This document shows positions 36,517 through 48,500 of a DNA stretch of 64,000 nt, piece after piece. Source of the stretch: Macrostomum lignano (lineage: Eukaryota); NCBI GenBank assembly GCA_002269645.1, contig NIVC01000280.1, positions 372,001 to 436,000 on the forward strand. Reading direction: 5' to 3'. Position 1 is the first letter of the stretch; each line of letters opens with the position of its first letter. The position numbers and the translations under genes are program-made. A model generated the notes under the pieces. The model ran no database searches. It saw only the letters and a list, made by a program, of their open reading frames with translations, and was not told the DNA's origin.

Positions 36517-37233
36517 GGAAGGGAGATAATCCAATCCGACCACAAAATTGCATTTCATATAGAAATTCATATTGAAAATAAATACAACTGCAGGTTCCAT
36601 TACTGCTGCTATGATTGGCATCAGTTTACATCTATTTCCTTCTTGCATTGAGTTTATTTGATATTTGTAATAATTTATACACAAAGTGGGGGATTTGGTT
36701 GCCCGACCAAGTCGATCTTAACTTGAAAGAAGGAAAAAGGCCTCAAAGAAGGTATAGAAGCAATCAGTGATCTCAGGGAATATTTGTTTTCACAGTTCCT
36801 GTACGGGTATTAATCAGCATCTTACTTTCATAGATCATGTAAGATAGGTTCAGCATACAAGCACAAGTACTTTTTACATCGAACTCTCAATCAAAGCAGT
36901 CAACCGGGTCAGAGGCATGAAAGTTGCATTCCTGAAACCTGCGCAAAAATGCGAGGCAGTTGGTATCAACCGAACTCCTGTAGCAACTAAGTTTTGAATT
37001 ATGTTTCTGTATAATCGATAAAGTCATGGTTAAACATTTTTTTGATACAAGCCTACTCACACCAGTGCTTACGTACATGTATGACTCTTGAGATTCCATT
37101 CCAAGCAAGTAGAATTCCACTCGTGTGTTATTAAAGTCAATTTTTATCCTGAACGAATACAAAAAGACGACGGCAAGCAATAAAGCATGTTTTAAAAAGC
37201 TTAAATAGTTACAGGCACCGATTTTTAGTAAAC

Positions 37234-38193
37234 ATGAGGGTCTCCAATACGGTCTCTCTGCCCAGTGCATTTCTCTCTGTTACATTATTCATCACTTCAC
37301 TGATCGTGATTGTCACTATTCATCGAAGACTCGGCCTGAGCTGCAGCGCAGTTAAGGCCGATGCCACAGATGATGTTGAAAGAACTGAAGTAGGAACAGA
37401 TGCCTCAAAGCGGTGGGCAAGTCACTCTTCCTGGCTGGATGTCCGCGAAGCGAAAGATTTCAACCGAGCGGCTGCTGTTCTCAAGACGAATCTGGCCTCG
37501 CTAACTCCCGCTCAGCTTGAGGTCATGTACTTTGGCATTTTGGAGCAGCAGCACGTCCGCTGCCCCTACAGCATCCGCATCGGGAATTCCGACGATGGAG
37601 GCTGGGATGTCTGTTTCATCCGGCCCTTCAACATCACGGAGAGCAAGCCGTGCGTCGCCTTCTCACTGGGAATCGACAATGCTTGGGAGTACGACGACAC
37701 TCTCGCCGAAAAGTATCATTGCAACGTGTACATGTTCGATCCAAGCAAGGTTAATGTGAACGACCATCAGAGGAAGAAGACATCGAGGTTCTATCGAATT
37801 GGCATTTCTTCTGAGACTAAGGTGGACAGCAATGGCTGGAAAATGCGAACTCTATGCACGCTGTTTTACGAGCTGGGCTACGAGAACAAAAAGATCGACA
37901 TACTGAAAATCGACGTTGAGCACTGGGAGTGGGCCAGCTTTGAAAAGGCTTTTAACGAAGGGTGCCTGAAGAATGTGAAGCAGCTTATCTTCAAATCGCG
38001 CACTAGTGAACTCGTGAAAAAGAAGAGCGACTATGCGCGCTTGATTCGGATTTGGCGAGGCCTATTTAAGCTTGGCTTTCGCACTTGGAAGTGGCACAAG
38101 AATCCTCTCTCAGTGTTTTTCCCATCAGTAGAATCGCTCAAAGTGCAGAGGACTTGTTGCTATGAGCATTATATGATAAACACTAATCATTGA
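37234..38193 (+). CDS. METTL24: METTL24-like (Methyltransf_22-type) protein with N-terminal anchor, intronless
   Basis: IRIGNSDDGGWDVC, CVAFSLGIDNAWEYDD, CNVYMFDPS, IDILKIDVEHWEW motifs. Confidence 0.85.
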   Translation: MRVSNTVSLPSAFLSVTLFITSLIVIVTIHRRLGLSCSAVKADATDDVERTEVGTDASKRWASHSSWLDVREAKDFNRAAAVLKTNLASLTPAQLEVMYFGILEQQHVRCPYSIRIGNSDDGGWDVCFIRPFNITESKPCVAFSLGIDNAWEYDDTLAEKYHCNVYMFDPSKVNVNDHQRKKTSRFYRIGISSETKVDSNGWKMRTLCTLFYELGYENKKIDILKIDVEHWEWASFEKAFNEGCLKNVKQLIFKSRTSELVKKKSDYARLIRIWRGLFKLGFRTWKWHKNPLSVFFPSVESLKVQRTCCYEHYMINTNH

Positions 38194-39854
38194 ATATTTT
38201 ATATTATGAAACTGTCGCACTTACTTAACACTCGCATGCCGCAACTAGTTTTTTGAATAAAAATTTAAAATATACACTCGTAAAACAACTTATAAGTATA
38301 TAACCGCCACGTGCCAGTTAGTGGAAACAGTGCGTTAAAATAGCATATTTCTGCACTCGCATACTACAGATACTGAAATAACTAGACTGGTTCACTTAGG
38401 TATTCAATACTTAGTGAAACAGCCCTTCTACTTCCAGTTCAGTAGCAAAGAAGGCCGGAGGATGTATAAGCTATAAAAAATAAAGACAAGCTTGCGACGT
38501 AAACAACTTGCTAATTGGTTCAGCCGTAATGATATAATTTCTGCACTATTTTTGAAGGCTAGTGTTATTACAGCGCGAGCGTTGTAATGATAGCTCGCAT
38601 TCCAAAATAGGGCAGAAAAAAACTGCTATGCCTCAGAATTTTCTCCGATACTGGTTTAATAGCGTTCCATCATCATCCATGTCAGCCAAGTCGCTACGCC
38701 TGTAGGTTTTTTGCGCGAAGAAAGATAACAAACTTATTGCCGAAGTCGGCCATCATTTGCCTCTGAACTTTCAGGCATTCCATGCAACAAGTCGACTGCA
38801 TTCTCACCAGTTTCAGCATCCAGATACGTCATGAAGTCACCAAAATTAGATCCTTGCATTCAGCTCCGTTTGCATTCCGTCTCCGTTCAGCTCCGTGATC
38901 AAGGTTACTCCGGATATTTCATCCCTAGGCAAAGCTCCTTATAGTTCAGTATGAGACAAAATTTTAGATACTGCCTCTCAGCGTCAGCCATGGCTAATTT
39001 CATAATAGATGTAAAATTAAGAGAAGCAGTACATTCAATGCCTCCATTTCCTCTTTAGCTAGCTCTCTTTCTCCTCTTATCGGGTTAATACGGTCAACAT
39101 GATACAGCGCGTGTTAATGTCGCTCTCTTCCATAGACTAATAACTGGGCCGTCTTAATAACCATAGATCCTAGCACTTATAGCATTAGTATGAATGGTAG
39201 ATTTAGAACACTGAGAATTAACATAGAATACTAACTTTCTGCACGTAAAGCTTTATGAATATCAATTAGAGCCATAAGAAAGGCAATACACATCAAAATA
39301 TGTAATGTCTGCCTCAATTATTTTTGGGCAAAAAAATAATCATCAGAGCATTGCTAAGCAATCTATGAATCGATGTATCTTAATTTTTTTCACTTCAGAA
39401 AATCATCACTTCATAGAGCTAATTAGATGCCAAGCAATTGCTTAATACTTGCTACAAAGATGGTTGAAGCAGGTCAATTTTGTTAAAAATTATAGACGAA
39501 TCGTTTTGAATGTAATCGGTCTGAAATTTCAGAGCAACAATTGTGAAACCCATTAGCCGACTTTTGTCAGTTCAGGTTTTAGTTTGCCGACTTTTTGTGG
39601 CCGCTATTTACCTGCTGACATTTTCTAACTGTGATTAAGCAGCCCCAGTTTCATTACAACCCAACTCACATTGAAAGTTATTTAAATTTTGAGACTTCTT
39701 GAACTTTGAGGCTTATATAAATCTTTATCTATGAATCTATATCTATATAAGCTAAGCTAAGCTAAGCTATATAAGCTTATATAATCTATATAAGTTGCCA
39801 TTTTGATAGGATCAAATTCAAAGTTTTGCCACTAATATATGGGGTTTTTAATGC

Positions 39855-40334
39855 GGATCCTAGTCAAATTGTCAACAGGCATTTCGTCAACTGGGAAGCT
39901 ATTGCCCTCGGGTCACTTCATCAACTGGCCAATCAGTGGACCTCTAATTCTAAATGTGGTCACTTTGTCAACTGTGCATTACGTACATACTCGTATTATA
40001 CAATGCAGTAGTATGTATATATGTTCATGACTGCATCTGTGCCAAGAATTTTTCTGTTAAACTCTCACATGAATGAAGCGGATTAAGCAGGCTAATTAAT
40101 TTTAAATTGTGTACCACACCAACACTGCTGCTGCTACTGCTACTTATTCAAAGTTTTTTATTTCGTTTTGTCAACTGGGGTTCATTGATCTCAGTCCCTT
40201 CGTTAACTGACCAATCAGTAAGACCACCCACTAGACTTTGGTCACTTTGTCAATAGCAAATACCCCTACCCCTGCCAAATAGTCACTTTGTCAACCATTT
40301 GACGAAACGCCAGTTGACGAAGTGACCAGCACCC
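39855..40334. mobile_element. 480-bp MITE (MULE- or hAT-like)
   Basis: About 40-bp imperfect TIRs (31/40 identical by hand alignment) and exact 8-bp TSD TTTAATGC at 39847-39854 and 40335-40342. Confidence 0.82.
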
Positions 40335-42564
40335 TTTAATGCATAGTGCTTATTTCAAATTCAAGCTTCACTGTGTTGGTTGGTTGGTAGCTTCAACCCA
40401 ACTATGTGTTATGTAATGTTATAGGTAAAGCCAACCAATAATGTATTGGGATTGGGAATGGAGGGTTTTAGGCCTTGGGCTATGGTTAGGGCTTAAGGAC
40501 TATGGGATAAATAGTGCAACAAGATGCACTTTATATTATACTATTTTAAACTTTATATTATATACTATTTTAAAACTAGGCTTAAATAATATATATTTTC
40601 TATAGGCCCTAGTTTAAAATTGCCAATAGAAACGGCCAAGTGAATCCCAAGGTTGCGCCCAAGCATGCTAGTTTTCTAAGTTTTCTTGTTTTTCTTTTAC
40701 TTATTTAACAATAACATAACATGTATAGAGCCTAGCCTACACAATAAATTTGATAGCTTAAGGCTACCAATAGATATCAAATGACAACATAACTTTAGTT
40801 TCATTTGTTAAATTATTTTTTAAAATAAATTGTTAATGAAGATTTATGATTTTTAACAATAAAACTAACAAACAATATCAAAATGGGGTGCTATCAAAAT
40901 GTGCCACACAACAAAACAGTCACACCATCAAAATGGCCACATAAAACAAAAAGTGTTGCAGGTCTATTGCATTTTATAATTATACTATTAGGACAAAAGA
41001 TGTAATAATTTGTAATAGAAGTTGAAAATGCTTAGGCCCCCTAATTGAAGTTTATAATTAACAAAAAGGCGGTGGAGCTAGGCCTACTTTCTACTTTTAT
41101 GATCAATTTAAATTTTGTGGTAAATTTTACTTTGTGATACTTTGTAAACCTTTTTAGGATTTTTTTAACTATTTTACATAACCTTTTTAGCATTTTTTAA
41201 ATTTGTATAATTGTTTGTTGTTGTTCTATAAAATACAATTTTGTTTTTACTTCTTTTGTGCTTCCTTTTTGGATGTATATTGCCTATATAAATTTTATGA
41301 TATCTCAATATATTCACTTCTTTTGCATTTTGTTGTTTTGATGCAAATGATGTAAGTACCAAAGCTAAAAATAGTTAAAAACACTAAGTATACTCAGTAG
41401 TATAAATTTATTACTATAATAATGGTTTAGAATATTTATAGTATAGTAGAGGCTGTGTTTATTATACAATATTAAGAATATATATTAATAGAGCAAGTCA
41501 ACTTGCAACACTTGTTTTATATAGCCATTTTGTCTATTATTAACATTGTTTATTTAGTTTTAATAAGTGCTCCAATGAGATTTTAAAAGTTGTTTTTGGT
41601 GACTGATAAATTTTGCTTGCCTAAATTAAAAGCTTTTTTGATATTAGTCAAGTAATAAAAATATTTCTATCTAAATTTTTTAATAATCAAACTACTTTTT
41701 TAATGCACTTTGCCTATATAAGCTTTTTTGCCTAAAAGTAAATTTATAAGTATCTGTATTTAATCATTTTTTGTTTATAACAAAAAATATTAGGCTAGTC
41801 TAAGCCTTTTTTTATAGTATTTATATATTTAATAGACTATTAATATAATCAAAATAGCAAAAAGATTTGCTTTAAGATCTATAAACATTTGTCTCAGCCT
41901 AGAATTCTAAAGGAGACTCTAGGAAAATTATTATTTTTATTATCATTCACTATTGCCAATGTTTGATTTTTTCTTATTATAAAAATAATTCTATATATTA
42001 AAAGTTGTTTCCCATCTAGGGGCAAGAAATCAAATGTGCTAAAAAAGTGAAATTTGGAAATTTATCAAAATGTCAAATACATGAAATACAAAATGTTGGT
42101 TAAGAATTGAAAAATGGGAACCCCTAGTTTGATTCTGTGCATAGCCATATTCATTTAGGGCTTGTGTACAAAATTTGCTAAGGATTAAATTGCCTCTCAC
42201 CTATAATGGCCAACCACTAAGGTGCAGAATTTGCCTATGTCTAACAATTAGAAAGTTTTCTGCAGTACACCCTGTGCAAGCATACATATGAGTATGTGCC
42301 TGCTTAAATATTGGTATATGCTTTTATGTCCTTACAAGTCAGTGGAATGGGCAGAATTATCCCAAGACTAGCTAAGACCAATGCTACCAAAGGCATTGCG
42401 CCAGGGTGTCTGCAGCCTTCCTACCAATATTTGTTACTTTTGCAATGAGACAACAAATCCACAATGCTAAAACTGATTTGTCTGTATCTATCTAGGTATG
42501 TGATTGATTTCAGAAAATATCATTCCAACAATCCACTGATTGCAGCTTCAACTGTGGTCAACTG

Positions 42565-45500
42565 ATGGCCACAGGGCCACCAAAACCATTAGCCATTGTC
42601 TATCGCTGTCTGCAGCCATTTATTCCTAGCGATGAGGAAGTGGCCGCTGGCTTCATCTCTGTGCTGGAGGCTGGGGCTCAGCTGATTGGCTTGGCACCTG
42701 CGGAGTCTTCGGTGTCCACCGCAGTCCTGCCTGGCACCTGCCGGGTGCGCTATCAGAATCGGGAGGGCCTGGTGCCCACCAAGTATCTGCAGCTGGTGCA
42801 GGCGGATGACCCCTCCACTGACGCTGGTAAGGGCGGGAGTGCTCTCTCTCTCCTTGATCCTGGCAACTCTCCAGACCTTGCTTTGTGCTCTTTGCTTGTT
42901 TTGATTGGTTGAAGATACCCTGGCTACTCAGAATACTCTTACTCAGTAACCCAATCCTATTTCCACTGTAATCCCTAAACTATTCCCACTGTGATCCCCA
43001 CCCAATTCCCACTGTGCGATCCCCACCCAATTCCCACTCTGATCCCCATCCTATTCCCACTGTTTCCCAGTTTGCAACGTCCCCAATTTTGATCCCATAT
43101 CCCAATATGCCAGGCTTGTCAGGCCCTCAGCTCTCGGACAGCAGCAGTGGCGACTCCGCGGCCAGCAGCAGTCGGGAGCGACGGCGGCACGCCCTGCCTG
43201 GCGGCCCGACCGTGTTCGTGTCCGGTCCGCGCTATTGCACCCTGTGCCAGGACTATCTGTGGAACTGCGGCGCCGCGCAGTGCGCCGTCTGCAAGCGCGT
43301 CTTTCACCTGTCCTGTACAGCCGCTGCGATGGCGGCGGCTTCCGGCGATGTCGACGACAAATACAGCGACGTTGCTGACTCCGAGGCGGGCGCCGGGTCG
43401 CAGCTTCTGGTCGGTTGCGACGGCTTCGCCCCGCCGCCGGACGATTCTCACTACCTGTATTTGCACTGGGAACCCGTGCTGGTGGAAGCCTGGACCAGCC
43501 GCATGGTGCTGGAGTGGCTGTGCGTTGCCAACCTCAGCCGGTTCTTGGACTCCTGCTGCAAATATCTTGGCCAGCGGGGCTTCCCGGGTACCTGATGGCT
43601 GCTGTTGATTGGCTTTTATTTATTGGGATCTGCAGCTTGAAGTTTTTTTTATCTGCAGCTTGAATGTGTTGAGATCTGTAGCTTGAATGTGTTGGGATCT
43701 GTAGCTTGAATGTGTTGGGATCTGTAGCTTGAATGTGTTGAGATCTGTTGCTTAAATGTGTTGAGATCTGTAGCTTGAATGTGTTGGGATCTGTTGCTTA
43801 AATGTGTTGAGATCTGTAGCTTGAATGTGTTGGGATCTGCAGCTTGAATGTGTTGGGATCTGTTGCTTAAATGTGTTGAGATCTGTTGCTTAAATGTGTT
43901 GAGATCTGTTGCTTAAATGTGTTGAGATCTGTAGCTTGAATGTGTTGAGATCTGTAGCTTGAATGTGTTGGGATCTGTTGCTTGAATGTGTTGGGATCTG
44001 CAGCTTGAATGTGTTGAGATCTGTAGCTTGAATGTGTTGAGATCTGTTGCTTAAATGTGTTGAGATCTGTAGCTTGAGTGTGTTGAGATCTGCAGCTTGA
44101 AGTTTTTTTTATCTGCAGCTTGAATGTGTTGGGATCTGCAGCTTGAATGTGTTGGGATCTGTAGCTTGAAGTTTTTTTATCTGCAGCTTGAATGTGTTGG
44201 GATCTGCAGCTTGAATGTGTTGGGATCTGCAGCTTGAATGTGTTGAGATCTGTTGCTTAAATGTGTTGAGATCTGTAGCTTGAATGTGTTGGGATCTGCA
44301 GCTTGAATGTGTTGGGATCTGTAGCTTGAAGTTTTTTTATCTGCAGCTTGAATGTGTTGAGATCTGTTGCTTAAATGTGTTGAGATCTGTAGCTTGAGTG
44401 TGTTGGGATCTGTAGCTTGAATGTGTTGGGATCTGTAGCTTGAATGTGTTGGGATCTGTTGCTTGAATGTGTTGGGATCTGTTGCTTGAATGTGTTGGGA
44501 TCTGTTGCTTGAATGTGTTGGGATCTGCAGCTTGAATGTGTTGGGATCTGCAGCTTGAATGTGTTGGGATCTGTTGCTTAAATGTGTTGAGATCTGTTGC
44601 TTAAATGTGTTGAGATCTGTAGCTTAAATGTGTTGAGATCTGTAGCTTGAATGTGTTGGGATCTGTTGCTTGAATGTGTTGGGATCTGCAGCTTGAATGT
44701 GTTGAGATCTGTAGCTTGAATGTGTTGAGATCTGTTGCTTAAATGTGTTGAGATCTGTAGCTTGAGTGTGTTGAGATCTGTAGCTTGAATGTGTTGGGAT
44801 CTGTTGCTTAAATGTGTTGAGATCTGTAGCTTGAATGTGTTGGGATCTGCAGCTTGAATGTGTTGGGATCTGTTGCTTAAATGTGTTGAGATCTGTTGCT
44901 TAAATGTGTTGAGATCTGTTGCTTAAATGTGTTGAGATCTGTAGCTTGAATGTGTTGGGATCTGTTGCTTGAATGTGTTGGGATCTGCAGCTTGAATGTG
45001 TTGAGATCTGTAGCTTGAATGTGTTGAGATCTGTTGCTTAAATGTGTTGAGATCTGTAGCTTGAATGTGTTGAGATCTGTTGCTTAAATGTGTTGGGATC
45101 TGTAGCTTGAATGTGTTGAGATCTGTAGCTTGAATGTGTTAAGATCTGTAGCTTGAATGTGTTGAGATCTGTTGCTTAAATGTGTTGAGATCTGCAGCTT
45201 GAAGTTTTTTTTATCTGCAGCTTGAATGTGTTGAGATCTGTTGCTTAAATGTGTTGAGATCTGTAGCTTGAATGTGTTGGGATCTGCAGCTTGAATGTGT
45301 TGGGATCTGTAGCTTGAAGTTTTTTTATCTGCAGCTTGAATGTGTTGAGATCTGTTGCTTAAATGTGTTGAGATCTGTAGCTTGAGTGTGTTGAGATCTG
45401 TAGCTTGAATGTGTTGGGATCTGTTGCTTAAATGTGTTGAGATCTGTAGCTTGAATGTGTTGGGATCTGCAGCTTAAATGTGTTGGGATCTGTTGCTTAA

Positions 45501-48500
45501 ATGTGTTGAGATCTGTTGCTTAAATGTGTTGAGATCTGTTGCTTAAATGTGTTGAGATCTGTAGCTTAAATGTGTTGAGATCTGTAGCTTGAATGTGTTG
45601 GGATCTGTTGCTTGAATGTGTTGGGATCTGCAGCTTGAATGTGTTGAGATCTGTAGCTTGAATGTGTTGAGATCTGTTGCTTAAATGTGTTGAGATCTGT
45701 AGCTTGAATGTTTTGAGATCTGTTGCTTAAATGTGTTGGGATCTGTAGCTTGAATGTGTTGAGATCTGTAGCTTGAATGTGTTAAGATCTGTAGCTTGAA
45801 TGTGTTGAGATCTGTTGCTTAAATGTGTTGAGATCTGTAGCTTGAGTGTGTTGAGATCTGCAGCTTGAAGTTTTTTTTATCTGCAGCTTGAATGTGTTGA
45901 GATCTGTTGCTTAAATGTGTTGAGATCTGTAGCTTGAATGTGTTGGGATCTGCAGCTTGAATGTGTTGGGATCTGTAGCTTGAAGTTTTTTATCTGCAGC
46001 TTGAATGTGTTGAGATCTGTTGCTTAAATGTGTTGAGATCTGTAGCTTGAATGTGTTGGGATCTGTAGCTTGAAGTTTTTTATCTGCAGCTTGAATGTGT
46101 TGAGATCTGTTGCTTAAATGTGTTGAGATCTGTAGCTTGAGTGTGTTGGGATCTGTAGCTTGAATGTGTTGGGATCTGTAGCTTGAATGTGTTGGGATCT
46201 GTTGCTTGAATGTGTTGGGATCTGTTGCTTGAATGTGTTGGGATCTGTTGCTTGAATGTGTTGGGATCTGCAGCTTGAATGTGTTGGGATCTGTAGCTTG
46301 AATGTGTTGGGATCTGTTGCTTGAATGTGTTGGGATCTGCAGCTTAAATGTGTTGAGATCTGTAGCTTGAATGTGTTGAGATCTGTTGCTTAAATGTGTT
46401 GAGATCTGTAGCTTGAGTGTGTTGAGATCTGTAGCTTGAATGTGTTGGGATCTGTTGCTTAAATGTGTTGAGATCTGTAGCTTGAATGTGTTGGGATCTG
46501 CAGCTTGAATGTGTTGGGATCTGTTGCTTAAATGTGTTGAGATCTGTTGCTTAAATGTGTTGAGATCTGTAGCTTAAATGTGTTGAGATCTGTAGCTTGA
46601 ATGTGTTGGGATCTGTTGCTTGAATGTGTTGGGATCTGCAGCTTGAATGTGTTGAGATCTGTAGCTTGAATGTGTTGAGATCTGTTGCTTAAATGTGTTG
46701 AGATCTGTAGCTTGAATGTGTTGAGATCTGTTGCTTAAATGTGTTGGGATCTGTAGCTTGAATGTGTTGAGATCTGTAGCTTGAATGTGTTAAGATCTGT
46801 AGCTTGAATGTGTTGAGATCTGTTGCTTAAATGTGTTGAGATCTGCAGCTTGAAGTTTTTTTTATCTGCAGCTTGAATGTGTTGAGATCTGTTGCTTAAA
46901 TGTGTTGAGATCTGTAGCTTGAATGTGTTGGGATCTGCAGCTTGAATGTGTTGGGATCTGTAGCTTGAAGTTTTTTTATCTGCAGCTTGAATGTGTTGAG
47001 ATCTGTTGCTTAAATGTGTTGAGATCTGTAGCTTGAGTGTGTTGAGATCTGTAGCTTGAATGTGTTGGGATCTGTTGCTTAAATGTGTTGAGATCTGTAG
47101 CTTGAATGTGTTGGGATCTGCAGCTTAAATGTGTTGGGATCTGTTGCTTAAATGTGTTGAGATCTGTTGCTTAAATGTGTTGAGATCTGTTGCTTAAATG
47201 TGTTGAGATCTGTAGCTTAAATGTGTTGAGATCTGTAGCTTGAATGTGTTGGGATCTGTTGCTTGAATGTGTTGGGATCTGCAGCTTGAATGTGTTGAGA
47301 TCTGTAGCTTGAATGTGTTGAGATCTGTTGCTTAAATGTGTTGAGATCTGTAGCTTGAATGTGTTGAGATCTGTTGCTTAAATGTGTTGGGATCTGTAGC
47401 TTGAATGTGTTGAGATCTGTAGCTTGAATGTGTTAAGATCTGTAGCTTGAATGTGTTGAGATCTGTTGCTTAAATGTGTTGAGATCTGTAGCTTGAGTGT
47501 GTTGAGATCTGCAGCTTGAAGTTTTTTTTATCTGCAGCTTGAATGTGTTGAGATCTGTTGCTTAAATGTGTTGAGATCTGTAGCTTGAATGTGTTGGGAT
47601 CTGCAGCTTGAATGTGTTGGGATCTGTAGCTTGAAGTTTTTTATCTGCAGCTTGAATGTGTTGAGATCTGTTGCTTAAATGTGTTGAGATCTGTAGCTTG
47701 AATGTGTTGGGATCTGCAGCTTGAAGTTTTTTATCTGCAGCTTGAATGTGTTGAGATCTGTTGCTTAAATGTGTTGAGATCTGTAGCTTGAGTGTGTTGG
47801 GATCTGTAGCTTGAATGTGTTGGGATCTGTAGCTTGAATGTGTTGGGATCTGTTGCTTGAATGTGTTGGGATCTGTTGCTTGAATGTGTTGGGATCTGTT
47901 GCTTGAATGTGTTGGGATCTGCAGCTTGAATGTGTTGGGATCTGCAGCTTGAATGTGTTGGGATCTGCAGCTTAAATGTGTTGGGATCTGCAGCTTGAAT
48001 GTGTTGGGATCTGTTGCTTGAATGTGTTGGGATCTGTTGCTTGAATGTGTTGGGATCTGCAGCTTGAATGTGTTGGGATCTGCAGCTTAAATGTGTTGGG
48101 ATCTGCAGCTTGAATGTGTTGGGATCTGTTGCTTGAATATGTTGGGATCTGCAGCTTGAATGTTTTGGGATCTGCAGCTTTAATGTTTTACGATCTGCAG
48201 CTTTAATGTTTTACGATCTGCAGCTTTAATGTTTTACGATCTGCAGCTTTAATGTTTTACGATCTGCAGCTTGAATGTGTTGGGATCTGCAGCTTTAATG
48301 TTTTACGATCTGCAGCTTTAATGTTTTACGATCTGCAGCTTTAATGTTTTACGATCTGCAGCTTTAATGTTTTACGATCTGCAGCTTTAATGTGTTGGGA
48401 TCTGCAGCTTTAATGTTTTACGATCTGCAGCTTTAATGTGTTGGGATCTGCAGCTTTAATGTTTTACGATCTGCAGCTTTAATGTTTTACGATCTGCAGC

